Assembly (NCBI GenBank): GCA_032128375.1
Contig: JAQBGU010000099.1
Span: 17,079-81,078, forward strand
Source of the DNA: Deltaproteobacteria bacterium
GTDB taxonomy: Bacteria; Myxococcota_A; UBA9160; SMWR01
Length of the DNA stretch: 64,000 nucleotides
Reading direction: 5' to 3'
Position 1 is the first letter of the stretch; each line of letters begins with the position of its first letter. This document shows, piece after piece, positions 36,298-47,615 of the stretch. Both the position numbers and the translations under genes were made by a program. The notes below the pieces were generated by a model. It did no database searches. It saw nothing but the letters and a program-made list of their open reading frames with translations, and was not told the DNA's origin.

Positions 36298-38054
36298 ATG
36301 TCCCGAGTGGTTGCGGATTCGGATCCCCGTGGGTCGAACGCCGCGTGGATCACATTCGCCGGACTCGCTGCAATCGCGTCCTATGCATGCTTTCGCGCCG
36401 TGTAGCTTGCGTGGCTGTGCGACGACGCGTTCATCTCGATTCGCTATGCCGACAATCTCGCCAACGGGCTCGGACTCGTCTACAACGCCGGCGAGCGCGT
36501 GGAGGGCTACACCAACCTGCTCTGGACCTTGATGCTCGCCGCAGCGACCCGCGCGGGTCTGTCTGCTGTTGCGACGGCCCAATACCTCGGAATCGTCTGG
36601 TATGTGGCGCTCGCCGTGTCTCTGACCTACCGCAGCTGGCGTCGTGCCGATTCGGGCCGGCCCTTCATACCGCTCGCAGCTGGCATCGTACTCGTATCCG
36701 AGGATTTCCAGGTTTGGGCGAGCGGGGGACTCGAGACATCACTGTTCGCGTGGCTCAGCGTTCAAGCGCTGATGCTCACTCGCGAGCCCCGCGAGCGCGC
36801 TCCGCGATGGCCGGGATCTTGTTCGCGCTGCTGGTCATGACGCGTCCAGACGGCTTGTTGTTCGCGGCTGCCGGCGCACTTTCGTTCTGGTTTCCGCGTG
36901 ACCCGCTGCCTCGAGCCGAACGCATTCGTTTCTCCCTCACGCTGGCGACTCCGGTCCTCGTGCTCCTTGCCATCGGCATCCCGGCCAAACTCAGCTACTA
37001 CGGCGACTTCCTTCCGACCGCGTTCTACTCGAAGTCGGTCCTCGAACCGTACTTTTCCCAGGGGCTGTGGTATCTGGGATTGTACCTCTGGAAAAACTGG
37101 TTCCTCATCGCGGCCGCGATCCTCGGCGTCGTCGCCGGCAAGCAGACAGCCACCCATCGGACCGAAGAGGGGACGCGCGACGGACGCTTCTACCTGGCGA
37201 CGGCCGCGGCGTTCGGGCTTTACCTGGTCGACGTCGGGGGTGATTTCATGTTCGCCCGCCGCTTGATTCCCATCGTCCCTCTGGTTCTGATCGCGATCGA
37301 AGATCGGATCAATTCGCTGCCGAGCAGCCGCCTGCGCTCGGTCGCCGCGCTCGGTCTGCTCGTCGGGCAGCCCTGCCCTTCCCGCTCTACGCCGATACCG
37401 CCGGAGCCATCCACGGTGTGTACGATGAACGCCTCTCCTACCCGACCGAAACCCTCGCTGTTCGCGAACAACAAGCGGTGGCTGTCGGGCGCGCACTGGC
37501 CGGAGTGCCTGTGCGCGTCGCATTCGAGGGCGGGATGTGCATGTGGGGATACTTCAGTCGGCTTCCCTACCTCGCGGAGATGACGGGCCTCACCCAGTAC
37601 TCGCTCGCGAAGCGCACGTTGACCGAGCGCGGTGCCATCGGGCACGAGAAATCGCCCTCTCCCGAGTGGTTCGCCGACAGCCGCATCCATCTGCTGATCA
37701 AACGAGAGCTTCCGCCGCTTTCCCGAGTTCCGACGGAGACTGTCGACGAGATTCTCTTCGGCAACCTCGTTCGCGGCCAGTTGTTGGTCTATGCGGACGA
37801 GGTCATGGACCCGCTGCTCGGTCGCGCGGACGTATCATTCACACCGATCGAAAAAGTCATCGCGCGCGCAGAAGCGCTGATCGAGAACAGTTCCATCGCA
37901 CAGGCGGAGCCCATCTACGCCCAGCTCGATCGCTACTACTTCCGCTCGGCGGGAGACCGCGGACGCGAGCCCGCCGCGCGGCTGCGGGAAGATCATCGAG
38001 CGCAAACGCGTCGCAGAGCCCTTGCCTGGAATCCGCAGTGCTCCGTCTCATTGA
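36298..38054 (+). pseudogene. disrupted GT-C (AftB-like) membrane glycosyltransferase
   Basis: Frame from ATG 36298 has an in-frame TAG at 36403 just before CDDAFISIRYADNLANGLGLVYNAGERVEGYTN; continues through frameshifts near 36795 (TRPDG segment), 37365 and about 37990. Confidence 0.65.
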
Positions 38055-39878
38055 GTACGCCGGCGCACTGGCCTGCCTGGCGCTCGCGCTCTGGCTACCC
38101 GGCCGGGCCTTCGTCGCGGCCGGAAAGGTCACGGCGCCGCAGGGGCTATCGAGGCTGACGGAGATCGTTGTCGGAGTTTCGATGTGGACCGCGGCGATCT
38201 TCATGCTGAGTGCGCTGGGCGGCTGGAATGATGCGTCTTTGAAGGCGCTGCTGCTCTGCGCAATTCTGATGTGGATCTGGGCGCGGCCGCGCAATCCGCG
38301 CTTGCGGGCCCCCTCGTGCCACGGGGCAGACCCGTTCGTGCGTACACTCAACGGAACCCTGCTCGTGTCGCTCTCGGCGATCTGGCTGCACGCTCTTTCG
38401 CCCGGCGTTTCCTGGGACGCGAGTGCCTACCACCTGACCGTACCGCGACTCTACAACGAGGCGGGTGGATTCCGCGCTGTCGCGATGAACGTCTACTCGA
38501 ATTGGCCGATCGGGACCGAGCTATTGTTTTCGGCCGCGATGCTGGGCAAGGATTACGTGCTCGCGAAGCTCGTGCACTTCGGGTTCGGGGCCCTCACACT
38601 CGCTGCCATCGCGCTGGCATGTCGACCGTACCGGGCCGAAACCAGCGCTGTGGGCTGCGCGCTGTGGATGGCGAGCCCTGTAGTGCTCTTCGAGTTCTCG
38701 ATCGCATACATCGACCTGGCAGAAGCCTTCTTCTTGACAGCCGCCGTGGTGTTCATGCTGCGCGCCAAGGCTCGGCCACACGAAGCCTCGTCCGCGTTGT
38801 TCCTGTCCGGGCTTTGCTGCGCCGGTGTCATCGGCTGCAAAGTCTCTGGCGTCGCGGCTGCGGGGGCGGTCGGAGTACTCTACCTTCCCGAGGTCATTGG
38901 CTCGATTCGAACAGGCCGCACCCGTGCAAGCTTGACCCAGTTCGGACGAAGCTTCGCAGTGCCGGTCCTCGCACTATCGACCCCGTGGTTGATGAAGGCC
39001 GCTTGGTACACCGGCAATCCGTTCTACCCGTTCCTCTTCGACTCATTTGGCGGGCCCGATTGGAGCGCGATGCTCGGCGCGCGCTTCGATGCCTGGCAGC
39101 AAGGGCTCGGAATGGGGCGCGAGGCGCTCGACTATCTGCTGCTACCGGTGCGGGTGATGCTGCACACCGGCAATGGTCCAGAATCGTTTGGAGACGAGAT
39201 CGGGCGGCACTGGCTGGCAGTGGTCCCGTTTTCGATTGCGTTCGGGCTGCGAAACCCCGTCGTTCGCGGGTGCCTCGCGGTATCTGGTGTGTTCTTCGTG
39301 TTCTGGAGCCTATCCGCACAGAACGCCCGCTTCCTGATCCCGATTCTGCCATTGCTGGCAACGGCGCGGTTGCGTTGGCTGAGACGCTGGAGCGATTCGC
39401 GGGCTCGGCGAAGCAGCGCTTGATTCGCAACGCGGCACTTGCCGTCTGCACCGCCACTGTGATGTGGGTTCATCTTGACTCGTGGACAGACGGCTTCAAG
39501 TTCGCCGTCCTGTACCAGATGCGAATGCCCGAATTGGAACAAGCGGCGATCGACCCCGTCTATGCCTTCATCGATCGAGAACTGCCTCTCGATGCCCACC
39601 TGCTGATGTTGAACACCAACCAGGGTTTCTATTGTCGCCGAGAGTTTCTCGCCGACAGCTTCTTCGAAGCTTCACAGATTGCAGCATGGCTGGGTTCGGG
39701 GTCGAGTCGCGACGAAGTAATGACGCGGCTCAGAACCCGGGGCATCTCCCATGTGCTCCGCTTCGACCAGGATTGGGGGTTCGAGTATCCCCCGGCCCTT
39801 CGCGAGCTGCTCGACGATGAGCAAGCGGCGAAGCGCGTATACCACCGGGGTGAATTCGAAATCTTCGCGCTGCGCTGA
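38038..39878 (+). pseudogene. frameshifted GT-C/PMT-like membrane glycosyltransferase
   Basis: WDASAYHLTVPRLY, YSNWP, PWLMKAAWYTGNPFYP, QNARFLIPILP in one frame; the C-terminal domain continues in another frame after about 39365. Confidence 0.62.
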
Positions 39879-39905
39879 GCGGCGAAGCGATAGTCGGGGG
39901 TCCGA

Positions 39906-40352
39906 TCAGACCGTTGGGCTGCCAGTTCTGCGCGCCGGATCGATCGGACTCATCAACCCTACATGATTTCCGTCGGGATCCTCGACAATCGCGTAGCGCG
40001 CCCCCCAGAAGGCATCATGGGGCGGCTGAAGGCCTGTGTGGCCAGCACCGGTCAACCTGGCGTAGCGCGCGTCAACCGCGTCCCGCGAGTCCACCGAGAA
40101 GCCAATCACACTGCGACTGCCGCCCTGTGCTTCCTTGTATCCGGCGTTGTAACTCTTCGCTAGCGGCACAGAGTCGAAATCAAGGCCGAAACCGTTGGGC
40201 AACGACAGGACGACATGATGAGCGCCGCTATCCGTCCGCCATACGGCGGAATCCGGAATGTCCAAGCCGAGCTGGCGATAGAACGCCAGCGTAGCGTCCA
40301 TATCGCGAACGATCAGGTTCAGCCCGCTCAGCACCGGCGCCGCGTCTGCCAT
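39906..40352 (-). CDS. VOC/glyoxalase family protein
   Basis: VRDMDATLAFYRQLG...PHDAFWGARYAIVEDPDGNHV. Confidence 0.9.
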   Translation of the reverse strand: MADAAPVLSGLNLIVRDMDATLAFYRQLGLDIPDSAVWRTDSGAHHVVLSLPNGFGLDFDSVPLAKSYNAGYKEAQGGSRSVIGFSVDSRDAVDARYARLTGAGHTGLQPPHDAFWGARYAIVEDPDGNHVGLMSPIDPARRTGSPTV

Positions 40353-40389
40353 TCGATCAACTCCCTGTTACCGGAATGATTGGAATTGT

Positions 40390-40821
40390 CTATCGAGAAT
40401 TCCAGATGTCACGGTGCAACTTCCATACTCCCATCACACGCTTCCAGACGACAAGATAGCGAGCGTCGGTGGTCTGGTCGTCGCTGGCGACGATCCTCAC
40501 CGCGCCAACCTCGTACGCCAGATCGCCCTCCGATTCGATCGACACAATTTTGAGCGAGAAATCCTTGATCCCCGCGTCGATGCCCCCCTGCCAGAACGTG
40601 ACGATCGCCGGGCGACCGCTCACCAGCTTGGCACCCGGAGGAAATACCAGCGCGTCCTGTGAATACAGCTCGCCCACTGCCTCGGCGTTTCCTGCAAGCA
40701 TGGCGACGGTGAAGGCCTGGTTCTGTGATTCAATCTCATTGCGAATATCATCGGCCGAAGCCGGCGTCGCGAGCAACAGTGAGACCAGTGCGATGATCCA
40801 CAACCCGCCGGTTCTGTTCAT
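40390..40821 (-). CDS. secreted NTF2-like (DUF4440/SnoaL) protein
   Basis: Signal peptide (PASA|DD), LYSQDALVFPPG, GDLAYEVG, YLVVWKR...WKLHRDIWNS. Confidence 0.85.
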   Translation of the reverse strand: MNRTGGLWIIALVSLLLATPASADDIRNEIESQNQAFTVAMLAGNAEAVGELYSQDALVFPPGAKLVSGRPAIVTFWQGGIDAGIKDFSLKIVSIESEGDLAYEVGAVRIVASDDQTTDARYLVVWKRVMGVWKLHRDIWNSR

Positions 40822-41060
40822 ATGTAAGCCTCTGCTCGCTCCCCGGATGAGCGTCGCAATCGGGTGAATGCCTGGGCTCCCGGGTGCCGCGGACCCGCTT
40901 GTAACAAACTCACTCTACCAGCTATCCGAGTCAGCAGAGCTGACGAAGAAATATTCCCTGAGCCTTTCCCTGAGCCTTCCCCTGAGCGCCGGATCGACAT
41001 CCATGAACGCGTTCCGCGGTCGTCGCCTGGGTATACTCCTGCGGGTCAGAGGAGACTCGA

Positions 41061-41528
41061 ATGGATCCGAAGCTAGCATTTTGGACTGCTGCACTGGTGA
41101 ACCTGTTCGTCATCGTGGTTCTGGTGAGCGTGGGAATCTTCCATATCCGGCAAGGTCGGGTCGCGATTCACCGCCGCTGCATGAAAATTTCCGCGTCGTT
41201 GGTGGCGGGATTTCTCGGTTCTTATGTGTTGAAGCTGACGTTTCTGGGGCGTGAGCAACTTTCGGTCTGGAGTTCGGGGGCCGTTTCGAACCTGCGCCTT
41301 CACGAAGTGTGTGTGTTGACGATGGTCGTCGCGGGATCGGTGGCGCTGTTCCGCGCCAGGCAAATGCGGGCCACCCGCAACGTCACACACGCTCCAGATG
41401 ACCCGATCGCGCCCGAGGCCACCGTTCGCTGGCACCACCGGGCCGGATGGTCAGCCGCCGTTGGCGCGGGCCTCGGCTTCGCGACTGCAGTTTTCGTGTT
41501 GGCCGGAATGTTCCAACGGGCGCATTGA
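41061..41528 (+). CDS. DUF420-like membrane protein
   Basis: Four TM helices; HRRCMKIS, FLGSY, LHE, HHRAG. Confidence 0.65.
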   Translation: MDPKLAFWTAALVNLFVIVVLVSVGIFHIRQGRVAIHRRCMKISASLVAGFLGSYVLKLTFLGREQLSVWSSGAVSNLRLHEVCVLTMVVAGSVALFRARQMRATRNVTHAPDDPIAPEATVRWHHRAGWSAAVGAGLGFATAVFVLAGMFQRAH

Positions 41529-41538
41529 ATGGTTGATC

Positions 41539-42687
41539 ATGCGGACCTTTGATTTCATCGTCGTCGGAGCCGGAATCGCCGGCACATCGGCGGCATACGA
41601 ACTCCAAGCGCGCGGCCGGACACTCCTTCTCGAGCGCGAGCCACTGCCGGGCCACCACACGACCGGTCGCTCCGCCGCGTTTCTGGTCGAGAGCTACGGA
41701 AACCGGGTCGTCCAGCTACTGACCCGCGGCGGGCGCGAATTCCTCGAGAAACCGCCCGAAGGCTTTTCCTCGCATCCGCTACTCGAGCCCCGCGCGGTGC
41801 TTTGGATTGCCCGACCGGACCAGGCCGAGCGTCTGATCGACGCTACGAACCGCGCCGTGGCAGCGGGTTCAAGACTCGACCGCATCGATCTCGCAGACGC
41901 CCACGACCTATGTCCGGTGTTGCGAAAGGGTTACGCGAGCGCGGCGGTCGTAGAACCAGATGCGCGGCATATCGACGTTGCCGGCCTGCTCGACGCGTAC
42001 CTGCGCGGCTTTCGTGCCAGAGGCGGGACGCTCGACACGCGAGCCGAAGTCCGCCAACTGCAACGCCACCAGGGGACCTGGGAAGTCTGCGTTGGTGAGC
42101 AGCGCTACAACGCCGCTGTAGTCGTCAATGCCGCCGGCGCTTGGGCCGAGCAGATCGGCCAGCTCGCCGGCGCTGTGTCGATCGGGCTCGAACCGATGCG
42201 CCGCACCGCCATCACTTTCGATCCGCCACCAGGCGTCGAGATCGACCGATGGCCGTGCCTCATGGATGCCGACGAGGCATTCTACTTGAAGCCCGAAGGC
42301 GCGCAGCTGTTGGCATCACCGTGCGACGAAACGCCCTTTCCACCATGCGACGTCACGCCGGACGATTTCGAGGTTGCGCTCGCGGCCGAACGCGTGATGG
42401 CCGCGACAACGCTAGAGCTGCGACACATCCGCAGACGGTGGGCCGGACTGCGCAGTTTCGTTGCCGACCGTGCACCCGTAATCGGACCGGATCCAGTTCG
42501 TGAGGGATTCTTCTGGCTCGCCGGCCAAGGCGGATTTGGAATCATGACATCGTCTTCCGCCGCGCGAAGTGCCGCCGGCCTGATCGTGGATGGAGCGCTA
42601 CCGCCCGATCTCCGGCTGCTCGGACTTTCGGCGGAAGACCTCAGTCCCGCCCGCGACGGGATCGGGTGCGCCGAACCGGCCGCTTGA
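41539..42687 (+). CDS. FAD-dependent oxidoreductase (DAO family)
   Basis: VVGAGIAG, HTTGRSAA, VVNAAGAWA, WAGLRSF, AGQGGFGI. Confidence 0.9.
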   Translation: MRTFDFIVVGAGIAGTSAAYELQARGRTLLLEREPLPGHHTTGRSAAFLVESYGNRVVQLLTRGGREFLEKPPEGFSSHPLLEPRAVLWIARPDQAERLIDATNRAVAAGSRLDRIDLADAHDLCPVLRKGYASAAVVEPDARHIDVAGLLDAYLRGFRARGGTLDTRAEVRQLQRHQGTWEVCVGEQRYNAAVVVNAAGAWAEQIGQLAGAVSIGLEPMRRTAITFDPPPGVEIDRWPCLMDADEAFYLKPEGAQLLASPCDETPFPPCDVTPDDFEVALAAERVMAATTLELRHIRRRWAGLRSFVADRAPVIGPDPVREGFFWLAGQGGFGIMTSSSAARSAAGLIVDGALPPDLRLLGLSAEDLSPARDGIGCAEPAA

Positions 42688-42810
42688 CTCGGAGGTGCCG
42701 AACTTCGGAATTCGGCGGCATCGGGCTGCCAGCCGGATGGAACGAGAGCCCGACCAAGATGGGTCGGGCGACGACGTAGAGGCATTCGCCGCGCTGCGGC
42801 GAACGCGCAA

Positions 42811-42935
42811 CTAGTGGCACATCCGGAAAGTTCTGGTACATGCTGACAAAGGGATCACCGTCGCGTTGTCCGACGGAGAAGAGCGTTCTGTCGGCTTCAA
42901 TCATGGGTACCGAAACTTGGCGGGTGTTGCACTAG
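42811..42935. mobile_element. 125-bp MITE-like element, copy 2
   Basis: Base-for-base identical to 7233..7357 by eye; its right CTAG overlaps the stop codon of the minus-strand enoyl-CoA hydratase. Confidence 0.8.
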
Positions 42936-43729
42936 TTTCCATCGAGCGACGCAAAATCCGGTTGCCGACGCTCGCGAAACGCCGCGATCGCCTCTCGATT
43001 CGCCGGGCCCCGGACGAGTTTTCCAAACGTTACGCTCTCCCGATCCCGCGCATCGCGCACCGCAGCCAGGCGGGCGTCGAGCAACAGCCTCTTCGTACCC
43101 ATGAGCGATGCGATCGGCATCTTCGCCATCTGGTCGGCCAGCGCGAGCGCTGCGCCGAGCAATTCGTCCGCTGGAAACACGCGCCACGCGAGTCCCACAT
43201 CGACGGCCTCGCGCGCGTCCAACCACCCGGCGGTGTACAGCAAGTGAGCGGTCTGTTGCCACCCGATCGCCGCCGGCAGCAGGTGCGTACTGCCGGCCTC
43301 GGCGGTGACACCCAAGCTCACGAACGGCGCGCGCAACTTCGCGCCCTCGGCGATCAGCACCAGATCGCAATGCGGGAGCATTGTCAGCCCGATCCCCACC
43401 CCGAGCCCGTTGACCGCAGCCAACAGCGGTTTCGGAAATGCCTCGAGTGTCTCGATAAAGGGAACGAACCCGTGACGCTCGCCCTCGGGATGGCGCGTCG
43501 GCTTCTCCAACTCGCCGAGGTCCTGGCCCGCCGTGAAAGCGCGCCCCGCACCCGTCAGCACAACGACCGCGACCTGCGGATCATTGGCAGCATCGCGCAG
43601 CGCCTCGCCAACCGCATCGTACAGAGCGTCATTGAATGCGTTGAGTGCGTCGGGCCGGTTGAATGTCAGCAGCAAGACGCGACCGCGTCTTTCGATCCGC
43701 AACGGTTGTTTCTCGTCGCATTCGCTCAT
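42932..43729 (-). CDS. enoyl-CoA hydratase/isomerase family protein
   Basis: FNRPDALNAF, GAGRAFTAGQDL, PKPLLAAVNGLGVGIG, LGVTAEAGS. Confidence 0.92.
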   Translation of the reverse strand: MSECDEKQPLRIERRGRVLLLTFNRPDALNAFNDALYDAVGEALRDAANDPQVAVVVLTGAGRAFTAGQDLGELEKPTRHPEGERHGFVPFIETLEAFPKPLLAAVNGLGVGIGLTMLPHCDLVLIAEGAKLRAPFVSLGVTAEAGSTHLLPAAIGWQQTAHLLYTAGWLDAREAVDVGLAWRVFPADELLGAALALADQMAKMPIASLMGTKRLLLDARLAAVRDARDRESVTFGKLVRGPANREAIAAFRERRQPDFASLDGN

Positions 43730-44586
43730 CGCGGCGCTTCGACGCGCGCAGGTGATCCCGACCAACTCCACGCGAGTGTCGGCCGCGACAGCCCGAGCAT
43801 CATCCCGCCCAGTGCCGGAGGGTGAACGAAGACGGTGTCGATTGCACCCCTGTGATCCGGCGCCGGGACCACAGTCACGCGATGCCCGAGCTCGCGCGCC
43901 CGCTGTTCGATTTCGTCGAGTTGGTCCGTCTCGGCGAACGCCATGTAGTACGATTCACCAAAACGCGAATAGAAGCGCCCCATCGTCTTCTCGAGATCTG
44001 TCGGTGTGATCACCTCGAAACGATGGAGACGCTCAGGATCGAACAGCGTGAGCGCGCCTGTATAGCCATAGTGGGGCGAGTCGATCGGCACGAAAGCACC
44101 CGAATCCAAACCAAACAGCGTCGAGCAACGCTCGACCGCCGACTTCGCCTCCGCGACCAGCAGCGTCACTTCATACAAGAAATCGATCGCGCCGACGCGC
44201 GGCAGATCCTCGTCCGGACTCAACACCGCGCGGTAGCCAACGCTTCCGGTTGCGGCGGGATCGATGAATGCCTGACCGCCCTCCCGCACAGGCTCGACCC
44301 CCTGCGTCTTCAAGTGGCCGATGAGAGCATCGAGGTCCGACGTCGCTGCGCCCGCGGCGAACAGGTGACCGGCCCGCTTGCCGACGGCGTCGGCAAGCGG
44401 GCCGGCACCATCGGGCTCGAGCAGCTCGATGAATCCGCGGCCGAGACGGTAACGACTGCGCGATGCCCCCAAGCAATCGACGCGGTCTTCTCCAGTAGGG
44501 ACCGCGCCCAACAGCTCCATCCAACCAACGGAGGCGGCCGCGCGGTCGGGGACTGCGAGTTGAATTCGATCGATCCGGGTGAGCAT
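43726..44586 (-). CDS. two-domain VOC/glyoxalase-like protein
   Basis: IDRIQLAVPD, FIELLEP, FEVITP, FVHPPALGGMMLG; RBS GGAGG. Confidence 0.75.
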   Translation of the reverse strand: MLTRIDRIQLAVPDRAAASVGWMELLGAVPTGEDRVDCLGASRSRYRLGRGFIELLEPDGAGPLADAVGKRAGHLFAAGAATSDLDALIGHLKTQGVEPVREGGQAFIDPAATGSVGYRAVLSPDEDLPRVGAIDFLYEVTLLVAEAKSAVERCSTLFGLDSGAFVPIDSPHYGYTGALTLFDPERLHRFEVITPTDLEKTMGRFYSRFGESYYMAFAETDQLDEIEQRARELGHRVTVVPAPDHRGAIDTVFVHPPALGGMMLGLSRPTLAWSWSGSPARVEAPR

Positions 44587-44728
44587 CGCGGCTACCTCCT
44601 GTGTTTCACAATTCATGACGGCAGGCGACCCGCTGCCGCAGGTCCGAACCCGCCGGCCAGACGACGTGAGGATTCTTGGCGCGAACCGTCACGAGCAACG
44701 AACTTTGGCGCGGAAGTGATTGCGTCGA

Positions 44729-45409
44729 TCAGGCACTCGTAGCATGGGTGTGCAGCAGTTCCTCATAGAATCCCATCATCACAGAAACGGTCGGTCCCGC
44801 CACGATCGCGCCTTGATACGCGATATAGAAATGAGCGCTTGCCGCGGACCCGGTCGAACCGCGCAGCCGATACGACGACGAGTCCAGTACGTGGTCGAGC
44901 GGAAATTCCAAAATTTCCTCGACTTCACCCTCGGCCGCTTGCAATGTCCCAACGCAACGCACGAGACCCACGACCGGATGAATCCGAAATCCGCTGTGGC
45001 TCACATAATCGCCGAGTTCTCCAATGACCTGTACGTTGGCGGGCGAAAGCGCGACCTCTTCATGCGCCTCGCGCAGCGCGGTTTCCACGGGCCCCATATC
45101 CCCCGGTTCGACCCGGCCCCCGGGGAAGCAGATGTGGCCGGCGTAGGAGATATTCTCGTGGCGGCGGGTGAGCAGCAAGCTCAGCCCGGAATCTCGCACC
45201 ACGATCGGGATCAGGACCGCCGCCGGGGTCGCGTCGCGTCTCTGATCGGCGGATACGCGCGGTTCGTGATGGGGGTTGCGCAGCGGCTTGCGCATTCGGG
45301 CACGCTCGCTGGCAAAATGTTCGATCAAGGAATCGGCACTGGCGCAAACGGTCGGATGCTCGAAATCGGATTGGTGGTCCACGCTGGCGAATGTAGAGCA
45401 AAGCAGCAC
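44729..45409 (-). CDS. Nudix CoA pyrophosphatase (NudL/PCD1-like); start uncertain
   Basis: AAVLIP...LLLTRR...GHICFPGGR...ALREAHEEVAL Nudix box. Confidence 0.88.
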   Translation of the reverse strand: MLLCSTFASVDHQSDFEHPTVCASADSLIEHFASERARMRKPLRNPHHEPRVSADQRRDATPAAVLIPIVVRDSGLSLLLTRRHENISYAGHICFPGGRVEPGDMGPVETALREAHEEVALSPANVQVIGELGDYVSHSGFRIHPVVGLVRCVGTLQAAEGEVEEILEFPLDHVLDSSSYRLRGSTGSAASAHFYIAYQGAIVAGPTVSVMMGFYEELLHTHATSA

Positions 45410-45541
45410 GCAGTGGGCGGGCGGGGGCGGCTCTGACCGCCGCTACAGCGAGACGGCGGAGAATTTCCGACCCACTCGACCTACACTGTTGTCCATGGGG
45501 ACGGTCGCCATGAGCATGACCATGAGCCACGAGATTTCGGC

Positions 45542-46108
45542 ATGAACGGCGGACTTCTCTTCGAATTGGCAGCCGCCAGCTGCCTCGGCTTGTTCGCATG
45601 GACACTCATCGAATACGCGATCCACGGTCCGCTGTCCCACGGCTGGAAAACGTTCGTGTCACCATTGCACTGGACTCACCACAGAAGCCCGCGCAATGTA
45701 TTCACATCTCCACTGGCGGCTGCTCCGGTGGCTGCGTTGCTGTTCGCGATCGGTCACGCGGTGGCGGGACCGCTGGCCGCGGGAGTGTTCGTCGCGGCCG
45801 TGCTGGGTGGCTTCATCCGCTACGAGCGCGCCCACTGGCGCATCCATTTCCAGACGCCGCGCAACCCGCGCGAGCGCTCGCGGCGATCCCACCATCTTGC
45901 GCACCACTTCGAAAATCCGCGCGCCTATTGGGGGGTCACCACGCGGATCTGGGATCGCGTATTCGGCACACTACCCGCAACATGGCGGGATGATTACGCG
46001 AAGTTCGAAAATACGGCTCCGCTCGCGGGGAACAGCAACCTTCGAGCGGTCTGGAACCCGCGAATGGTTCTCGCCGAAATCCTCGCGGCGCGCGCGAGAC
46101 GCTTGTAG
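45542..46108 (+). CDS. fatty acid hydroxylase / sterol desaturase family protein
   Basis: His boxes EYAIHGPLSH, HWTHH, YERAHWRIH, HHLAHHF; WDRVFGT. Confidence 0.85.
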   Translation: MNGGLLFELAAASCLGLFAWTLIEYAIHGPLSHGWKTFVSPLHWTHHRSPRNVFTSPLAAAPVAALLFAIGHAVAGPLAAGVFVAAVLGGFIRYERAHWRIHFQTPRNPRERSRRSHHLAHHFENPRAYWGVTTRIWDRVFGTLPATWRDDYAKFENTAPLAGNSNLRAVWNPRMVLAEILAARARRL

Positions 46109-46150
46109 AGACGGCCGTCTCGGATCTCGACTTCAGTCGGGGCTTCCCTT

Positions 46151-46247
46151 CTCGGCTTCCTTGCTCGGTTTGCTTGCTCGGCTTCCTTGCTCGGCTTTCC
46201 CTTCTCGGCTTCCTTGCTCGGCTTCCTTTCTCGGCTTCCTTTCTCGG
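46151..46247. repeat. degenerate ~13-bp tandem repeat CTCGGCTTCCTT(G/T)
   Basis: About seven imperfect copies between convergent genes. Confidence 0.7.
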
Positions 46248-46295
46248 GAAAGATCTCGAAGGAGACTCAGCCGGGCCCTTTTAGTACGGGAAGGA

Positions 46296-47513
46296 TTACG
46301 GAACGCGATTCTGCGGCAGCGGGTGACGATACAGTTTCGCGGCGTTCTCATGGGTGATCATTCGGATCTCCTCCACGGGTAGATGGCCGATGGTACGGTC
46401 GATCACCTGTTGGGTGTCCGGCCAGGTACCGTCTCCGTGCGGATAGTCGGATTCGAACAAGATGTTTTCCACGCCGATCGTGTGTCGGGTCGAGATCGTC
46501 GACGGATCGTCGATCATGCAGAACCAGAAGTTTCGTCGCAGCACGTCACTGGGGGAATTGCGCTTGTCGGGCCAGCCCTGCCCATAGCCGGACCGGGCCA
46601 TGATGTTATCGACGCGATCGATCAGCATCGCGACCCAGCCGATGCCACCTTCGGACATCGCGATCTTGAGCTCCGGGTACTTCGCCGGCCAACCGCTCCA
46701 CAACCATTCAGCGCAGGCCGATACCGCCATCGGTCCGAATAGAGTCGCCCCGAGTTCCAGCATCGGGGCGCCAGGGGGCATCTCGGCGAAGCCAGATGCA
46801 CCAATGTGGAGATTCAAAACCGTCTCGGTTTCGGCACAGGCCTGGATGATCGGCTCCCAGTGTCTATCGAAAACCGCGGGGTAACCGAGGCGATGAGGCT
46901 GCTCGGGTAGCGTCACCGCGGTAAAGCCCCGCTTCGCATTGCGCCGAATTTCTTCAGCGCCCTTCTCTGGATCCGACAAGAAGGTGATCCCGAGCGGCAC
47001 GATTCGGTCCGGATACGGGCCATACCACGCGTCGAAAAGCCAGTCGTTCCACGCGCGCACACACGCGAGGCCAAGTTCGGAGTCCTTTGTCTCGGAGAAC
47101 AGTGTTCCGCCGAAGCCCGTCACTCCCGACGGGAAGTTCACGGATGCGTGAATACCACCGATATCCATGTCCTTGATCCGATCGTGAATCTGGTAGCAGC
47201 CGGGACGCACCTCCGAGAAGCGCGCAGGCTCATAGCGATGATCCTCTTTCGGGCGTCCGGCGACGCACATGAATCCGACCTGGAAATAGGGTTGGCCCTC
47301 GAACTCCCAGACCTCGTGGCCCTCTTCGGTTTCGATTACGCGGGGAGCCCGGTCCTGAAATTTTCGCGGCAAACGCCCTTCGAAGGTGTCGGGCGGCTCG
47401 AGCAGATGGTCGTCGACAGAGATGAAGGTGTACTTCACCTCGCGCGGCTCTGGATCGGGCAACAGCTCGTGGACCATGGGACGCTTGATCCCCAACTTGA
47501 TGACTCGGACCAT
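46296..47513 (-). CDS. amidohydrolase_2 family protein; start 47513 or 47477
   Basis: ISVDDHLLEP, RAWNDW, LNLHIG, MSEGGIGW, FESDYPHGDGTWP, HENAAKLY. Confidence 0.9.
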   Translation of the reverse strand: MVRVIKLGIKRPMVHELLPDPEPREVKYTFISVDDHLLEPPDTFEGRLPRKFQDRAPRVIETEEGHEVWEFEGQPYFQVGFMCVAGRPKEDHRYEPARFSEVRPGCYQIHDRIKDMDIGGIHASVNFPSGVTGFGGTLFSETKDSELGLACVRAWNDWLFDAWYGPYPDRIVPLGITFLSDPEKGAEEIRRNAKRGFTAVTLPEQPHRLGYPAVFDRHWEPIIQACAETETVLNLHIGASGFAEMPPGAPMLELGATLFGPMAVSACAEWLWSGWPAKYPELKIAMSEGGIGWVAMLIDRVDNIMARSGYGQGWPDKRNSPSDVLRRNFWFCMIDDPSTISTRHTIGVENILFESDYPHGDGTWPDTQQVIDRTIGHLPVEEIRMITHENAAKLYRHPLPQNRVP

Positions 47514-47615
47514 CGATCGACTCCTTGGCTCGTGTGAGATTCGAACCGCGTCAACGTCCTGCCGGGACGGGTGCGACTCGAGGATACGCGATGAAGCCGC
47601 GGAATGGGGCGAGAT

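Noticed and set aside
36403..36405. Pyrrolysine or other read-through of the in-frame TAG
   Set aside because: The same gene also has several frameshifts and no pyl genes are visible; decay or error is simpler.
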